Origin: Candidatus Latescibacterota bacterium | GTDB taxonomy: Bacteria > Latescibacterota > UBA2968 > UBA8231 | Direction of reading: 5' to 3' | DNA length: 64,000 bases | NCBI GenBank assembly: GCA_965221775.1 | Contig: CBDCSU010000006.1 | Coordinates: 2,112,001-2,176,000, forward strand | Shown here: piece by piece, positions 19,799-29,743 of the stretch | How positions within the stretch are numbered: position 1 is the stretch's first letter | How the letters are laid out: the number at the start of each line of letters is the position of its first letter | Program-made: the position numbers and the translations under genes | Notes under the pieces: generated by a model | The model's input: only the letters and a program-made list of their open reading frames with translations | Database searches by the model: none | Told to the model about the DNA's origin: nothing

Positions 19799-22246
19799 CT
19801 ACTCGTATCTCAACGCATCCGCCGGATTGGTCCGGGCCACCAGCCAGGTCTGGCCGCTGACGGTTCCCAGGGCGACGACGAGTACCCCGACCCCCGCCAG
19901 GGCGAACCAGCCCGGGCCCTGGTCGATCCGGTAAGCGTAGAAGGCGAGCCAGTGATCGAGGACGAAGAAGGCCAGGGGCCAGGCAATGACGTTGGCCGCA
20001 ACTACGAGCCATCCGAACTGGTGGGACATGAGCAGCACGACATTGGCGGTGGTCGCCCCGAGGACCTTGCGGATGCCGATTTCCCTGGTGCGGCGAGCAG
20101 CGGCGAGGCCGGCGAGTCCGACGAGTCCCATGCAGGAGATGGCCAGGGCGCATGCGCTCATCCACTTCATGACGATGCCGACGCGCCGCTCGGTTGCGTA
20201 CAGCGATACGAAGGTCTCGTCGAGGAAGCTCAGGCTCTTCAGTTCGTACTCGGGCAGCATTCGGTTCCACAGCGTCCTGACCTCCTCCACCGCCGCCGAC
20301 AGGTTCCGGCTGTCGACTCGAAACAGGATTTGATCGAACCGGTCGTGTCGCGTTGACCCGGGCATGACCGTTGTCAGAAGGGCCGGCCCTACGGTGTGGT
20401 GCATGTCTTCGTAGTGGAAGTCCGCGACGACGCCTATGACCGGGATGGGCTGATCCAGAAAGGGGGGAACCGACAAAGTGCGGCCGACCGGATCCTCCGG
20501 TCCCAGCAGGCGAGCCGCGGTCTCGTTCACCAGGATGCCGGGCGACGGACCCTGCAGGCCCCGAGTGAATCCTGTCCCGGAGAGGATCTCGACTCCCATG
20601 ACGTGAGGGAGATCCGGAGTTACACGAAAGGGCTTGATCTCGAACGTTCTCTCACCGAGCCGGAATGGTCTGGGGTACTGGCCGCCCGTGCCGGGGGCGG
20701 CCGAAATGCCTGCCACCCCCTCGACCAGTCCCGGCCGTGACTCGATCTCGCTGGCGAGGCGTTCGATCTGCAGAGGATCGAGGGCGTCTTTGGAGCGAGC
20801 CAGTACCACTCGCTCGCCGTCGAACCCCAGGTTTGTTTTCATGAAGTCGAGCTGCCGCGTCATGGTGATCGTCACTACTACCAGGAAGGTCGACATGACG
20901 AACTGCAGGACGATCAGACCCCGGCCGATGCGGCCCCGACCGAGCTGTGGCGCACTTCCGCCAAGGGCCCGGATGGGGTGGTGTCGCGAGATGACGTGGG
21001 CCGGGTACAGGCCGGAGAGCAGGCCGACGGTCAGAGTCAGGGTCAGGGCACCGGCCCCGGTCTCGAGGGACAGCCACTCCAGATCGAGTTGACGATTCAC
21101 GACCTGGTTGAAGGTGGGCAGCAGTACTTCGGCCAGGGCCATGCCCCCGACAACGGCGATCAGGCTCACGACGACGGCCTCGGCCAGGAACTGGCTGGCG
21201 AGTTGGGGGCGGGTGGCGCCGATCACCTTGCGCATGCCGATTTCGAGGGTGCGCGAGATGGCGCGGCTCAGGGCGAGGTTGACGAAGTTGATGGCGGCGA
21301 CCAGGAGAACGAGGGCGGCCAGCCCTGCCAGCAGGTAGCAGTGCGCCGCGGTACCGGAGCCGATGCCGATGGGTGACCCGATTTCCTGAGCGAAGCGGGC
21401 CCCAATGAAGGGTTGCAGCTTGGGGCGGGCCTTCGTGGCCGGGCTTTGGTAGTGGTCGGCCAGGGGTGCCAGCCGCGCTTCCATCTCCGCAGGTGCCACT
21501 CCCTCTTCGAGTTCGATGAACAGGCCGTTAGTACCGTTTCTGCTAACGATGTAGTTGTCGTCATGCACAAGCTGCAATTCCTCGACCGCCGACGAGGGTA
21601 CGAGCACGTCCAGAGGTAGAAGAGAAGGCCCTGGAAGTGGAGCCAGAACTCCCGTGATCGTGCGATCCACCTCGATCTGCGTCTTCTCAGGTGGAAACGG
21701 TCCGAAGCTGTGGGAGACGCGCACCCGGATGCGGATGCGCTCCCCCAGCATGGCGTGGACTGGTACATCGGGGCCGAAGTACTTCCGTGCCGTCTCGTGG
21801 TCCAGCACAACGCTGTGGGGAGCTTCGAGTGCTGTCGCCGCATCGCCCGCGGCCAGCGGCAGGGTGAACATGCTGAGGAAGGCCGGATCGACGGCGAGGA
21901 CCATCTTCGGGAAGGCCGCGTCGCCGTAAGAGACCCTGGCGTATGTCCTGTGCATGAGGACCGACTCGTGGATGCCGGCGACTGTGGTACGTAACGGCTC
22001 GGCCAGCCTGGGGCGCACTATCGTGTCCCTGTCGGATCCGGAATCGGGCTCCAGGTCTTCGAAGTAGACGGCGAAAATCCGCTCTCCCTTTTGGTGCCAG
22101 GTGTCGAAGGAGGTCTCGTGGCGTACGAAGAGCAGGCAGAGGATGGTCACGGCGAGTGCCGCGGACAGTCCGACTACGTTGATCAGTGTAATCCCCCTGT
22201 TGCGGGCCAGTACGCGCAGTGCGGTGATCAGATTGCTCTTCCACAT
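19799..22246 (-). CDS. MacB/FtsX-type ABC permease (array member 11 in transcription order)
   Basis: Duplicated PCD+FtsX architecture; INFVNL, two EIG(M/I)RKV(I/L)GA motifs, NPADALRYE end. Confidence 0.93.
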   Translation of the reverse strand: MWKSNLITALRVLARNRGITLINVVGLSAALAVTILCLLFVRHETSFDTWHQKGERIFAVYFEDLEPDSGSDRDTIVRPRLAEPLRTTVAGIHESVLMHRTYARVSYGDAAFPKMVLAVDPAFLSMFTLPLAAGDAATALEAPHSVVLDHETARKYFGPDVPVHAMLGERIRIRVRVSHSFGPFPPEKTQIEVDRTITGVLAPLPGPSLLPLDVLVPSSAVEELQLVHDDNYIVSRNGTNGLFIELEEGVAPAEMEARLAPLADHYQSPATKARPKLQPFIGARFAQEIGSPIGIGSGTAAHCYLLAGLAALVLLVAAINFVNLALSRAISRTLEIGMRKVIGATRPQLASQFLAEAVVVSLIAVVGGMALAEVLLPTFNQVVNRQLDLEWLSLETGAGALTLTLTVGLLSGLYPAHVISRHHPIRALGGSAPQLGRGRIGRGLIVLQFVMSTFLVVVTITMTRQLDFMKTNLGFDGERVVLARSKDALDPLQIERLASEIESRPGLVEGVAGISAAPGTGGQYPRPFRLGERTFEIKPFRVTPDLPHVMGVEILSGTGFTRGLQGPSPGILVNETAARLLGPEDPVGRTLSVPPFLDQPIPVIGVVADFHYEDMHHTVGPALLTTVMPGSTRHDRFDQILFRVDSRNLSAAVEEVRTLWNRMLPEYELKSLSFLDETFVSLYATERRVGIVMKWMSACALAISCMGLVGLAGLAAARRTREIGIRKVLGATTANVVLLMSHQFGWLVVAANVIAWPLAFFVLDHWLAFYAYRIDQGPGWFALAGVGVLVVALGTVSGQTWLVARTNPADALRYE

Positions 22247-22337
22247 AGTTCTGTCTCACGCCTTTTCGTTGGGCATCGGAGGAAGGGTCAGCAGCTGACG
22301 GGACGCTGCCTCGACAGGGTCACGGTGCATGGGATTC

Positions 22338-24803
22338 TCACTCGTACCGCAACGCCCGTACCGGATCCGCCCGCGCCGCCCGCCAGGCTTGGTGGCAGGA
22401 GCTGACCAGGACCGCCGCCAGCGCGATCGCCGCCCCGGCGGCGAAGTGCCAGGGCGACAGGTCGATGCGGAAGGCGAAGCCGTCGAGCCAGTCGCGCATC
22501 CACCACCAGGCGAGGGGGCTGGCCGCCGCGGCACCGAGGAGGCCGAGCCAGGCGAACTCGCGGGCCATGAGGGCGGTGAGGCCGACGACGGTGGCGCCGA
22601 GGGCCTTGCGGATGCCGATCTCCTTGGTGCGGCGGCCGACGGCGAGGGCGGTGAGGGCGAAGGCGCCGAGGGCGGAGATGAGGACGGCGCCGGCGGCGGC
22701 CCAGGTGATGACGCGGCGCCAGCGCAGCTCGTCGCGGTAGGCGGCCTCCAGGTCCTGCTGCAGGAAGGAGAAATGGAAGTCGGCGTGGTCGACGATCCCG
22801 GTCCAACTCTCCTCCATGTAGCGAATGACCTCCTGCAGGTCCCCCGGCTTGATGCGCACGAGCATGAGATCGGCTTCGTACACGTCCGGCCCCAGGATGG
22901 GGTTGAGGAGCAGCAGGCCCGGCGGGCCCTCCTCGTAGCCCGACTCGAAGGTGAAGTCCTTGACCACGCCGATGATCCGGAACTGTCCCCGGGACTGGCG
23001 TTTCGAGCGCGATGGGCGCACCAACTCGATCGTCTCTCCCAGGGGGTCGGCGAGTCCCAGACGCGCCGCGGCGCTCTCGGATATGAGGGCGAGATGCGAC
23101 TTGTCTCCCTGGTCCACCGAGAAGTCGTGGCCGCCTAACAGCTCCAGGTTCATGGTCTGCACGAAATGGTGGTCCACCGTGTAGTGACGGACCTTCGTCT
23201 CGCGCCCGTCCGCCACGGCCAGGTGGTCGGTCCGGTGCGGCTCCTGCAGGAAGTCATCCTCCACCAAGGTCACCGAGGCGACCCGATGGTGCTGCAGAAA
23301 AGCCTCCACGAGGGCGGGATGATCGGGGTACATGTCGTGGAGGGCATCCGCGTGCACGGCGATGACCCGCTCCTGGTCCATGCCCACGTCGCGCGCCATG
23401 ACGTGCTCGAGCTGGTGGTACATGACCACCGTGCAGGTGATCAGGCCCGCGGAGATGGCCAGCTGCACACAGACGAGGGCGCGGCTGAACCGCGCCGTGC
23501 CGGCCATCGACACGCTTCTCCGGATCGCGCTCAGGGGCGCCAGCCGGGACAGGACGAGGGCCGGATACCAGCCGGCCCCCAGGCTGACGAGGAGCAGCAG
23601 GGCCGCCAGTGCGGCGAGCATGCCCGGCTCGGACAGACCGAGGGTGAGATCCTGGGAGAAGGTGGCGTTGAAGGCCGGCAGCAACAGCCACGCCAGCCCG
23701 CACCCGGCACCGAGCCCGAGGACGGCGAGCACCGAGGACTCGCCGATGAACTGGCGGATCAACTGCTCCCGTCCGGCGCCCACGGCCTTGCGCACGCCCA
23801 CCTCGGGAGCGCGTTGGGAGGCCCGGCCGATGGCCAGGTTGACGAAGTTGATGCATCCCATCAGCAGGACCGCGAGGGCGATGCCGCCGAGCACGTAGGA
23901 GACGTACGGGTCCCTCGGCTCCACCACGCCGTGTCCGACCCATCGCAGCAGGCCCGTGTCCGAGCGCAGGTCTGTGAGGGGCTGCAGATGGAAGAGGGAG
24001 AAGTCCCCGGGCATCTCCCCTCCCCCGGCGGGGAGCAGGTTGCGCGTCATCTGCGCGAGGGCGGGCTCCACGTCGGCGGGTTCGGCGCCGTCCGCGAGCA
24101 GGACATAGGCATTGCAGGAGCCTTCCCACGCGTCCGGGGCGTCGTGGAAGAGCAGGTCCGTGTTGGCGAAGGGCAGCAGCATGTTGAAGCGGATCGACGA
24201 GGTGCGCGGGACCGGCGCGGCCACTCCCGTGATGGTGAAGTCCTCCACATCGGCCGTGGCCAGTGAAGCGATCGACAGGCTCTGCCCCAGAGGATCAGCG
24301 TCGCCGAAGAGGCGCAGAGCCATCTCGTGACCCAGGACGACGGAGTTGCGCCCGGCCAGGGCCGTGGAGGCGTCCCCCCGCAGCAGGGGGAAGTCGAAGA
24401 CCTCGAAGAACGAGGGATCGACGAGGAGGAACTCCTCGTCCCGGGACTCGCCCGCGTAGGTCGTGCGCACGACGCGGTCGTCCCTGTCGCTGCCCCTCGC
24501 GGCGCTGAGACGGACGGCGCGTTCCACGTGGGGGGAGAGAGCCTCCAGCTCCGGAGCGAAGGCGAACTGGATCGCATCGGCCGTGCGCGCCGGCCCCCCT
24601 TCGGGTCCCTGGGCCAGAGAGACGACGCGGTAGATCCGGTCCCCCTTGCCGTGGAAGCGGTCGAAGGACCACTCCTGGGAGGCGAAACGCCAGGCGAGCA
24701 GGCAGAAGGCGAGGCCCAGGCCGAGACCGGCGAGGTTGATGGCCGTGTGCAGACGGTGGCGCATCAGGTTGCGCACGGCGATGACCAGGTAGTTTCGCAG
24801 CAT
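22338..24803 (-). CDS. MacB/FtsX-type ABC permease (member 10)
   Basis: MLRNYL start, CINFVNL, EVGVRKAVGA, EIGIRKALGA, DPVRALRYE. Confidence 0.93.
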   Translation of the reverse strand: MLRNYLVIAVRNLMRHRLHTAINLAGLGLGLAFCLLAWRFASQEWSFDRFHGKGDRIYRVVSLAQGPEGGPARTADAIQFAFAPELEALSPHVERAVRLSAARGSDRDDRVVRTTYAGESRDEEFLLVDPSFFEVFDFPLLRGDASTALAGRNSVVLGHEMALRLFGDADPLGQSLSIASLATADVEDFTITGVAAPVPRTSSIRFNMLLPFANTDLLFHDAPDAWEGSCNAYVLLADGAEPADVEPALAQMTRNLLPAGGGEMPGDFSLFHLQPLTDLRSDTGLLRWVGHGVVEPRDPYVSYVLGGIALAVLLMGCINFVNLAIGRASQRAPEVGVRKAVGAGREQLIRQFIGESSVLAVLGLGAGCGLAWLLLPAFNATFSQDLTLGLSEPGMLAALAALLLLVSLGAGWYPALVLSRLAPLSAIRRSVSMAGTARFSRALVCVQLAISAGLITCTVVMYHQLEHVMARDVGMDQERVIAVHADALHDMYPDHPALVEAFLQHHRVASVTLVEDDFLQEPHRTDHLAVADGRETKVRHYTVDHHFVQTMNLELLGGHDFSVDQGDKSHLALISESAAARLGLADPLGETIELVRPSRSKRQSRGQFRIIGVVKDFTFESGYEEGPPGLLLLNPILGPDVYEADLMLVRIKPGDLQEVIRYMEESWTGIVDHADFHFSFLQQDLEAAYRDELRWRRVITWAAAGAVLISALGAFALTALAVGRRTKEIGIRKALGATVVGLTALMAREFAWLGLLGAAAASPLAWWWMRDWLDGFAFRIDLSPWHFAAGAAIALAAVLVSSCHQAWRAARADPVRALRYE
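22341..22772. repeat. Near-identical ~430-bp 3' tract shared with 27279-27710
   Basis: Direct comparison shows only scattered mismatches. Confidence 0.9.
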
Positions 24804-24812
24804 CTCAGTTCC

Positions 24813-27260
24813 TCACTCGTACCGCAGACTCTGCGCCGGTGGGCGCAGGGCCGCTCCAGCCGATGCCAGGGCGACGAGCAGCAGGGTCAGTGTCATCACG
24901 GCCCCGGTGGACAGGGGGAAGACCCACGGAGCCAGGTCGACTCGATAGGGGAAGTTGTCGAGCCAGGTCCGCAACGCCATGTAGCTCAGGGGCCAGCTCA
25001 GGAGGGTGGCAAGGCCGAGGAGGGCCGTCGATTCCGCCGCCATGAGCCGGACGACCTGGGGGACCGTTGCGCCCAGCACCTTGCGGATCCCGATCTCCTT
25101 GGTGCGCCGGGAAACCGCCATGGTCACCTGACCCAGGAGGCCCAGGCAGGTGATGACGACCACGAAACCGGCGGACAGACCGATGATCCTCGTCCAGCGT
25201 TCTTCGTCCCTGTACTGGGCTTCCAGGTTGGCGTCGAGGAAGGACCACTCGAAGGGATCTTCGGGAGCCGCCCGGTTCCAGGCCTCGCGGAGCTCGCCGA
25301 GCACCTGCCTTGCGCTCCCCGGACGGATGCGCACGAAGACATGGTACAATCCGTGATAGGCCGGGTTCTGGGTCAGGAAGAGCGGCTGGATCCCACGGTG
25401 CATGGAGTCGAAGTGGAAGTCTCGCACGACACCGATCACCGTCGGTTGCGGCTCGTTGTTGATCGTCGAGACGGGCAGGGTGCGTCCTGTCGGATCGGTC
25501 CATCCCAGCAGGTCCGCGAAGTGTTCGTTGATGATGGCCACCCCCTCGGCGTCCGCTGCGCGTCCCTCGTCGAAGTTCCTTCCCGTCACCAGCTCCATCC
25601 CGAGCGTGGGCAGGTAGCCTGGATCGACGCGGATCACCCGGATGGGGGTATGAGCCGATGCGTCGGCCTTCTTCAGCCCCACCGATTGACTCCCGCTGGT
25701 GAAGGAGCGGTCACTCGCCCCTGTGCTCACCACGGAGCTCAGCCCCCCGGCCGCGTCCTGGAAACGCCTTGCCGTATCCTCGCCCGGCACCGGCACGACC
25801 AGCACCTGCTCGCTGTCGAAGCCCAGTTCCCCGGTGCGCATGAAATCCCACTGGCGCATCACCATCACCGCACCGACGATCAGCCCCACCGCCAGCCCGT
25901 ACTGAACCACCAGCATGGACTGCATGAACCTCCGGCGCCGCGGCCTGCCCCCGCGCCCCTTCAACACCGCCACCGCCGGAGGCCGGGACAGGACCATCGC
26001 CGGGTACCAGCCGGCGGCCACTCCCGTGACGAGGAGGATGGCGAGCAGGAAGAGGGGACCTCGCCAGCCCTCCAGTTGCGACATGGACAGGGGTTTCTCG
26101 ACCAGCGCGGCGAAAGCGGGCAAGGCCGAGGCGGCCGCGGCCGCTCCGCAAAGAGCCGCGCCGAGCACCAGCAGCAGGGCCTCGCCCCAGAACTGCCGCA
26201 TCAACTGCTTCCGGCGTCCCCCCAGGACCTTGCGGACACCCACTTCCAGGGCACGGCCTGCCGACACGCCGATGGTCAGGGTGATGAAATTGATGCACGC
26301 CACCAGCAGCACGACCAGCCCCATCCCCGACAACATCCAGGCGTAGGTCGAGTTTCCCAGCACGAGGTAGTGGCTGTCGACCTCACGGTCGAAGTGGACC
26401 TTCGAGAGAGGCTGCAGGTTGACGGCATACGCCCCCAGACGCTCGTCGGTCAGCCGGGCCCTCAGTTGCCTCCGAGCCTCGGACAGGACTTCGGGCGGCG
26501 CGGAGGCCGGCCATCCGCTCTGAATGAACGACATGAGTTGCGTTCGAATCAGCGCGGTCAATGCCTCCTCGACGTCCCGGACACGGGTCTCCTCCCCGAG
26601 TTCGACGAAGATCGAGGTCTCTCCCACGTTGTTCCTGTCGACGAAGTAGCCTCCGCGATTCTCATGTGAGACGAGGTAGTCGAAGCGCAGGCTCGAGGCC
26701 GGCGGCACGTCCTCGGCGACGCCCGTGACGATGTGGTCCCTTCCCTTGACGGAGATGGTGCGGCCCATGACTTCGGCGAGTCCCGCTCCATGCTCGCCGA
26801 AGAGTCGCGCCGCTGCAGTCCTGCTGATCACGACCGCATCCGGACTCTCCACTGCCGTACGAGGATCACCGTGGAGGAGGGGAAAGCTGAAAACCTCGAG
26901 AAAGTCGGGGCTCACGAGTCCGATCTGCTCGTCCAGCACCGAGTCTTCCCAGCGCACGCGCGCCGTGGAGCGAATGAAGGCCGCCACCGCCTCCACACCG
27001 GCTGCACTCTCCGCAACGGCGTGCGTCATGGCACCGGGGAAGAGCGTGCCGGTCTCTCTCTCCTTCGCGTCCTGGAGGAGAAGCCTGTAGACCCGGTCGC
27101 CCTTCTCGTGAAAGGCGTCGTGGCGCAACTCGTGGTCCACGTACAGGTAGATCAACGTGCAGCCGGCGATGCCGATGCAGAGCCCGAAGAGGTTGATGAG
27201 ACTGTGGCTCTTATGCCGCCGCAGCGTTCGGAGGGCGATGAGCAGGTAGATGCGCAGCAT
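24813..27260 (-). CDS. MacB/FtsX-type ABC permease (member 9)
   Basis: Same family motifs (ACINF, EVGVRKVLG, EIGIRKVLGA, SLRYE). Confidence 0.93.
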   Translation of the reverse strand: MLRIYLLIALRTLRRHKSHSLINLFGLCIGIAGCTLIYLYVDHELRHDAFHEKGDRVYRLLLQDAKERETGTLFPGAMTHAVAESAAGVEAVAAFIRSTARVRWEDSVLDEQIGLVSPDFLEVFSFPLLHGDPRTAVESPDAVVISRTAAARLFGEHGAGLAEVMGRTISVKGRDHIVTGVAEDVPPASSLRFDYLVSHENRGGYFVDRNNVGETSIFVELGEETRVRDVEEALTALIRTQLMSFIQSGWPASAPPEVLSEARRQLRARLTDERLGAYAVNLQPLSKVHFDREVDSHYLVLGNSTYAWMLSGMGLVVLLVACINFITLTIGVSAGRALEVGVRKVLGGRRKQLMRQFWGEALLLVLGAALCGAAAAASALPAFAALVEKPLSMSQLEGWRGPLFLLAILLVTGVAAGWYPAMVLSRPPAVAVLKGRGGRPRRRRFMQSMLVVQYGLAVGLIVGAVMVMRQWDFMRTGELGFDSEQVLVVPVPGEDTARRFQDAAGGLSSVVSTGASDRSFTSGSQSVGLKKADASAHTPIRVIRVDPGYLPTLGMELVTGRNFDEGRAADAEGVAIINEHFADLLGWTDPTGRTLPVSTINNEPQPTVIGVVRDFHFDSMHRGIQPLFLTQNPAYHGLYHVFVRIRPGSARQVLGELREAWNRAAPEDPFEWSFLDANLEAQYRDEERWTRIIGLSAGFVVVITCLGLLGQVTMAVSRRTKEIGIRKVLGATVPQVVRLMAAESTALLGLATLLSWPLSYMALRTWLDNFPYRVDLAPWVFPLSTGAVMTLTLLLVALASAGAALRPPAQSLRYE

Positions 27261-27275
27261 ATCGGATCCTTTCCC

Positions 27276-29741
27276 TTACTCGTACCGCAACGCCCGCACC
27301 GGGTCTGCCCGCGCCGCCCGCCAGGCCTGGTGGCAGGAGCTGACCAGGACCGCCGCCAGCGCGATCGCCGCCCCGGCGGCGAAGTGCCAGGGCGACAGGT
27401 CGATGCGGAAGGCGAAGCCGTCGAGCCAGTCGCGCATCCACCACCAGGCGAGGGGGCTGGCCGCCGCGGCGCCGAGGAGGCCGAGCCAGGCGAACTCGCG
27501 GGCCATGAGGGCGGTGAGGCCGACGACGGTGGCGCCGAGGGCCTTGCGGATGCCGATCTCCTTGGTGCGGCGGCCGACGGCGAGGGCGGTGAGGGCGAAG
27601 GCGCCGAGTGTGGAGATGAGGACGGCGCCGGCGGCGGCCCAGGTGATGACGCGGCGCCAGCGCAGCTCGTCGCGGTAGGCCGCCTCCAGGTCCTGCTGCA
27701 GGAAGGAGAAGTCGAAGTCGGAGTAGTTGACGACGCCGTTCCAGGCCTGCCGCAGGTGTTGCAGGACCTCCTGCAGGTCGCCCGGCTTGACGCGCACGAG
27801 CATCAGCTCGCCTTCGCCGGGCAGGCCGGGATGGAGGGCCAGCAGCCCGGGCGGGCTCTCCTCGTAGCCGGACTCGAAGGTGAAGTCCTTGACCACGCCG
27901 ACGATGCGGTAGTGGCCCCGGGACTTGCGGCCCGAGGGAGAGACGCGCATCAGCTCCACCGTCTCGCCGATGGGATCGGCGAGTCCGAGGCGGGAGACGG
28001 AACTCTCGGAGATGAGGACCACGCTCTCCTTGTCGCCCTTGGCGGGCGAGAAGTCCCGGCCGCGGGTCACCTCCAGGCCCATGGTCTTCACGAACTGGTG
28101 GTCGACCATGAACCGGCGGACCTTCGCCTCGCGGCCCTCCGGGGTCGCGGCCCGGTAGTCGGAGGGATACTCGTCGCGCAGGAAATCGTCGTCCGACAGG
28201 GAGATGGAGGCGATGCGGTGGTGGTTCAGCATGGGTTCCACGAGCCGGATCTGATCGGGGTTGTTGACGGGCTCCGTGTGGACGGCGATGACGCGCTCCT
28301 GGTCGAGCCCCATGTCGCGGGCCATGACGTGGTCGAGCTGGTGGTACATGATCAGGGTGCAGGTGATGAGGGCCACGGAGATGGCCAGCTGCACGCCCAC
28401 GAGGACGCGGCTGATGCGGGTGATCCCGGCCGTGGACAGGCTGCGCCGGATGGCGCTCATCGGCGCCAGGCGGGAGAGGACGAGGGCGGGATACCAGCCG
28501 GCCCCGAGGCTGACGAGCACCAGCAACGCAACCAGCGCGCCCAGCGTTCCCGGCTGGGTCAGCCCCAGGGACAGCTCCTGCGAGAAGGTGGCGTTGAAGG
28601 CGGGCAGGAGCAGCGACGCCAGGGCGCACCCGGCGCCCAGCCCGAGGACGGAGAGCACCGCCGCCTCGCCGACGAATTGCCGCATCAGGTGCCCTCGTCC
28701 GGCGCCGACGGCCTTGCGCACGCCCACCTCCGCCGCCCGCAGCGACGCCCGGCCGATGGCGAGGTTGACGAAGTTGATGCACCCCATGAGCAGGACCGCC
28801 AGGGCGATGCTGCCGAGGATGTAGGAGACGTAGGGGTCCCTCGGCTCGACGACGCCGTGTCCCACCCATCGCAGCAGACCCGTGTCGGAGCGCAGGCCGG
28901 TGAGCGGCTGCAGGCGGTAGGGCGAGGTATCCTCCGGGAAGTCGGCGGGAAGGTCGTCCTCGTGGAGCCGCAGCCAGGTCCGGCCGAGCTGGGCGAGGGC
29001 CGGCGCCAGGTCGGCGGGGTCGGCCCCGGGCTTGAGGAGGACGTAGGCGTTGCAGGTGCCTTCCCACTCGTCCGGGGAGTCCATGAAGAGGAACTCCGAG
29101 TTGTCGAGGGGAAGGAGCATGTTGAACTGGATCGACGAGGTGCGCGGCACGGGGGCCGCCACGCCGGTGATGGTGAAGTCCTCGGCCTTCCCCCAGTCCG
29201 GGGAGACCAGGGAGAGGCTCTGCCCCAGCGGATCGGCCTCGCCGAAGAGGCGTTGAGCCATCTCGTGGCCCAGGACCACGGAGTTGCGCTCCGTCAGCGC
29301 CGTGGCCGCGTCTCCCCGCAGCAGGGGGAAGTCGAAGACCTCGAAGAAGGCGGGATCGACGAGCAGGATCTCCTCGTCGCTGGAGGCGCCGGCGAAGGTG
29401 GTGCGCACAACGCGGTCGCTCTTGTCGCTCCCCTCCCCCGAGCTGAGGCGGACGGTGCGCTCCACGAGGGGGGAGAGGGCCTCCAGCTCGGGGGCGAAGG
29501 CCAGCTCGATCATGTCGGCCGAGGCGACCCGCCCCATCTCCGGCAGGGTGATCTCCATGTAGACGCGGTAGATCCGGTCCCCCTTGCCGTGGAAGCGGTC
29601 GAAGGACCACTCCTGGGAGGCGAAGCGCCAGGCGAGGAGGCAGAAGGCCATGCCCAGGCCGAGACCGGCGAGGTTGATGGCCGTGTGCAGGCGGTGGCGC
29701 ATCAGGTTGCGCCAGGCGATGATCCAATGGTTGCGCAGCAT
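27276..29741 (-). CDS. MacB/FtsX-type ABC permease (member 8)
   Basis: Start MLRNHWIIAWRNL at 29741 with AAAGGAG RBS; close paralog of 22338-24803. Confidence 0.93.
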   Translation of the reverse strand: MLRNHWIIAWRNLMRHRLHTAINLAGLGLGMAFCLLAWRFASQEWSFDRFHGKGDRIYRVYMEITLPEMGRVASADMIELAFAPELEALSPLVERTVRLSSGEGSDKSDRVVRTTFAGASSDEEILLVDPAFFEVFDFPLLRGDAATALTERNSVVLGHEMAQRLFGEADPLGQSLSLVSPDWGKAEDFTITGVAAPVPRTSSIQFNMLLPLDNSEFLFMDSPDEWEGTCNAYVLLKPGADPADLAPALAQLGRTWLRLHEDDLPADFPEDTSPYRLQPLTGLRSDTGLLRWVGHGVVEPRDPYVSYILGSIALAVLLMGCINFVNLAIGRASLRAAEVGVRKAVGAGRGHLMRQFVGEAAVLSVLGLGAGCALASLLLPAFNATFSQELSLGLTQPGTLGALVALLVLVSLGAGWYPALVLSRLAPMSAIRRSLSTAGITRISRVLVGVQLAISVALITCTLIMYHQLDHVMARDMGLDQERVIAVHTEPVNNPDQIRLVEPMLNHHRIASISLSDDDFLRDEYPSDYRAATPEGREAKVRRFMVDHQFVKTMGLEVTRGRDFSPAKGDKESVVLISESSVSRLGLADPIGETVELMRVSPSGRKSRGHYRIVGVVKDFTFESGYEESPPGLLALHPGLPGEGELMLVRVKPGDLQEVLQHLRQAWNGVVNYSDFDFSFLQQDLEAAYRDELRWRRVITWAAAGAVLISTLGAFALTALAVGRRTKEIGIRKALGATVVGLTALMAREFAWLGLLGAAAASPLAWWWMRDWLDGFAFRIDLSPWHFAAGAAIALAAVLVSSCHQAWRAARADPVRALRYE

Positions 29742-29743
29742 GG

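Noticed and set aside
22256-22330. 24-aa micro-ORF (MHRDPVEAAS...) between permeases 10 and 11
   Set aside because: No clear RBS or recognisable features; likely chance.
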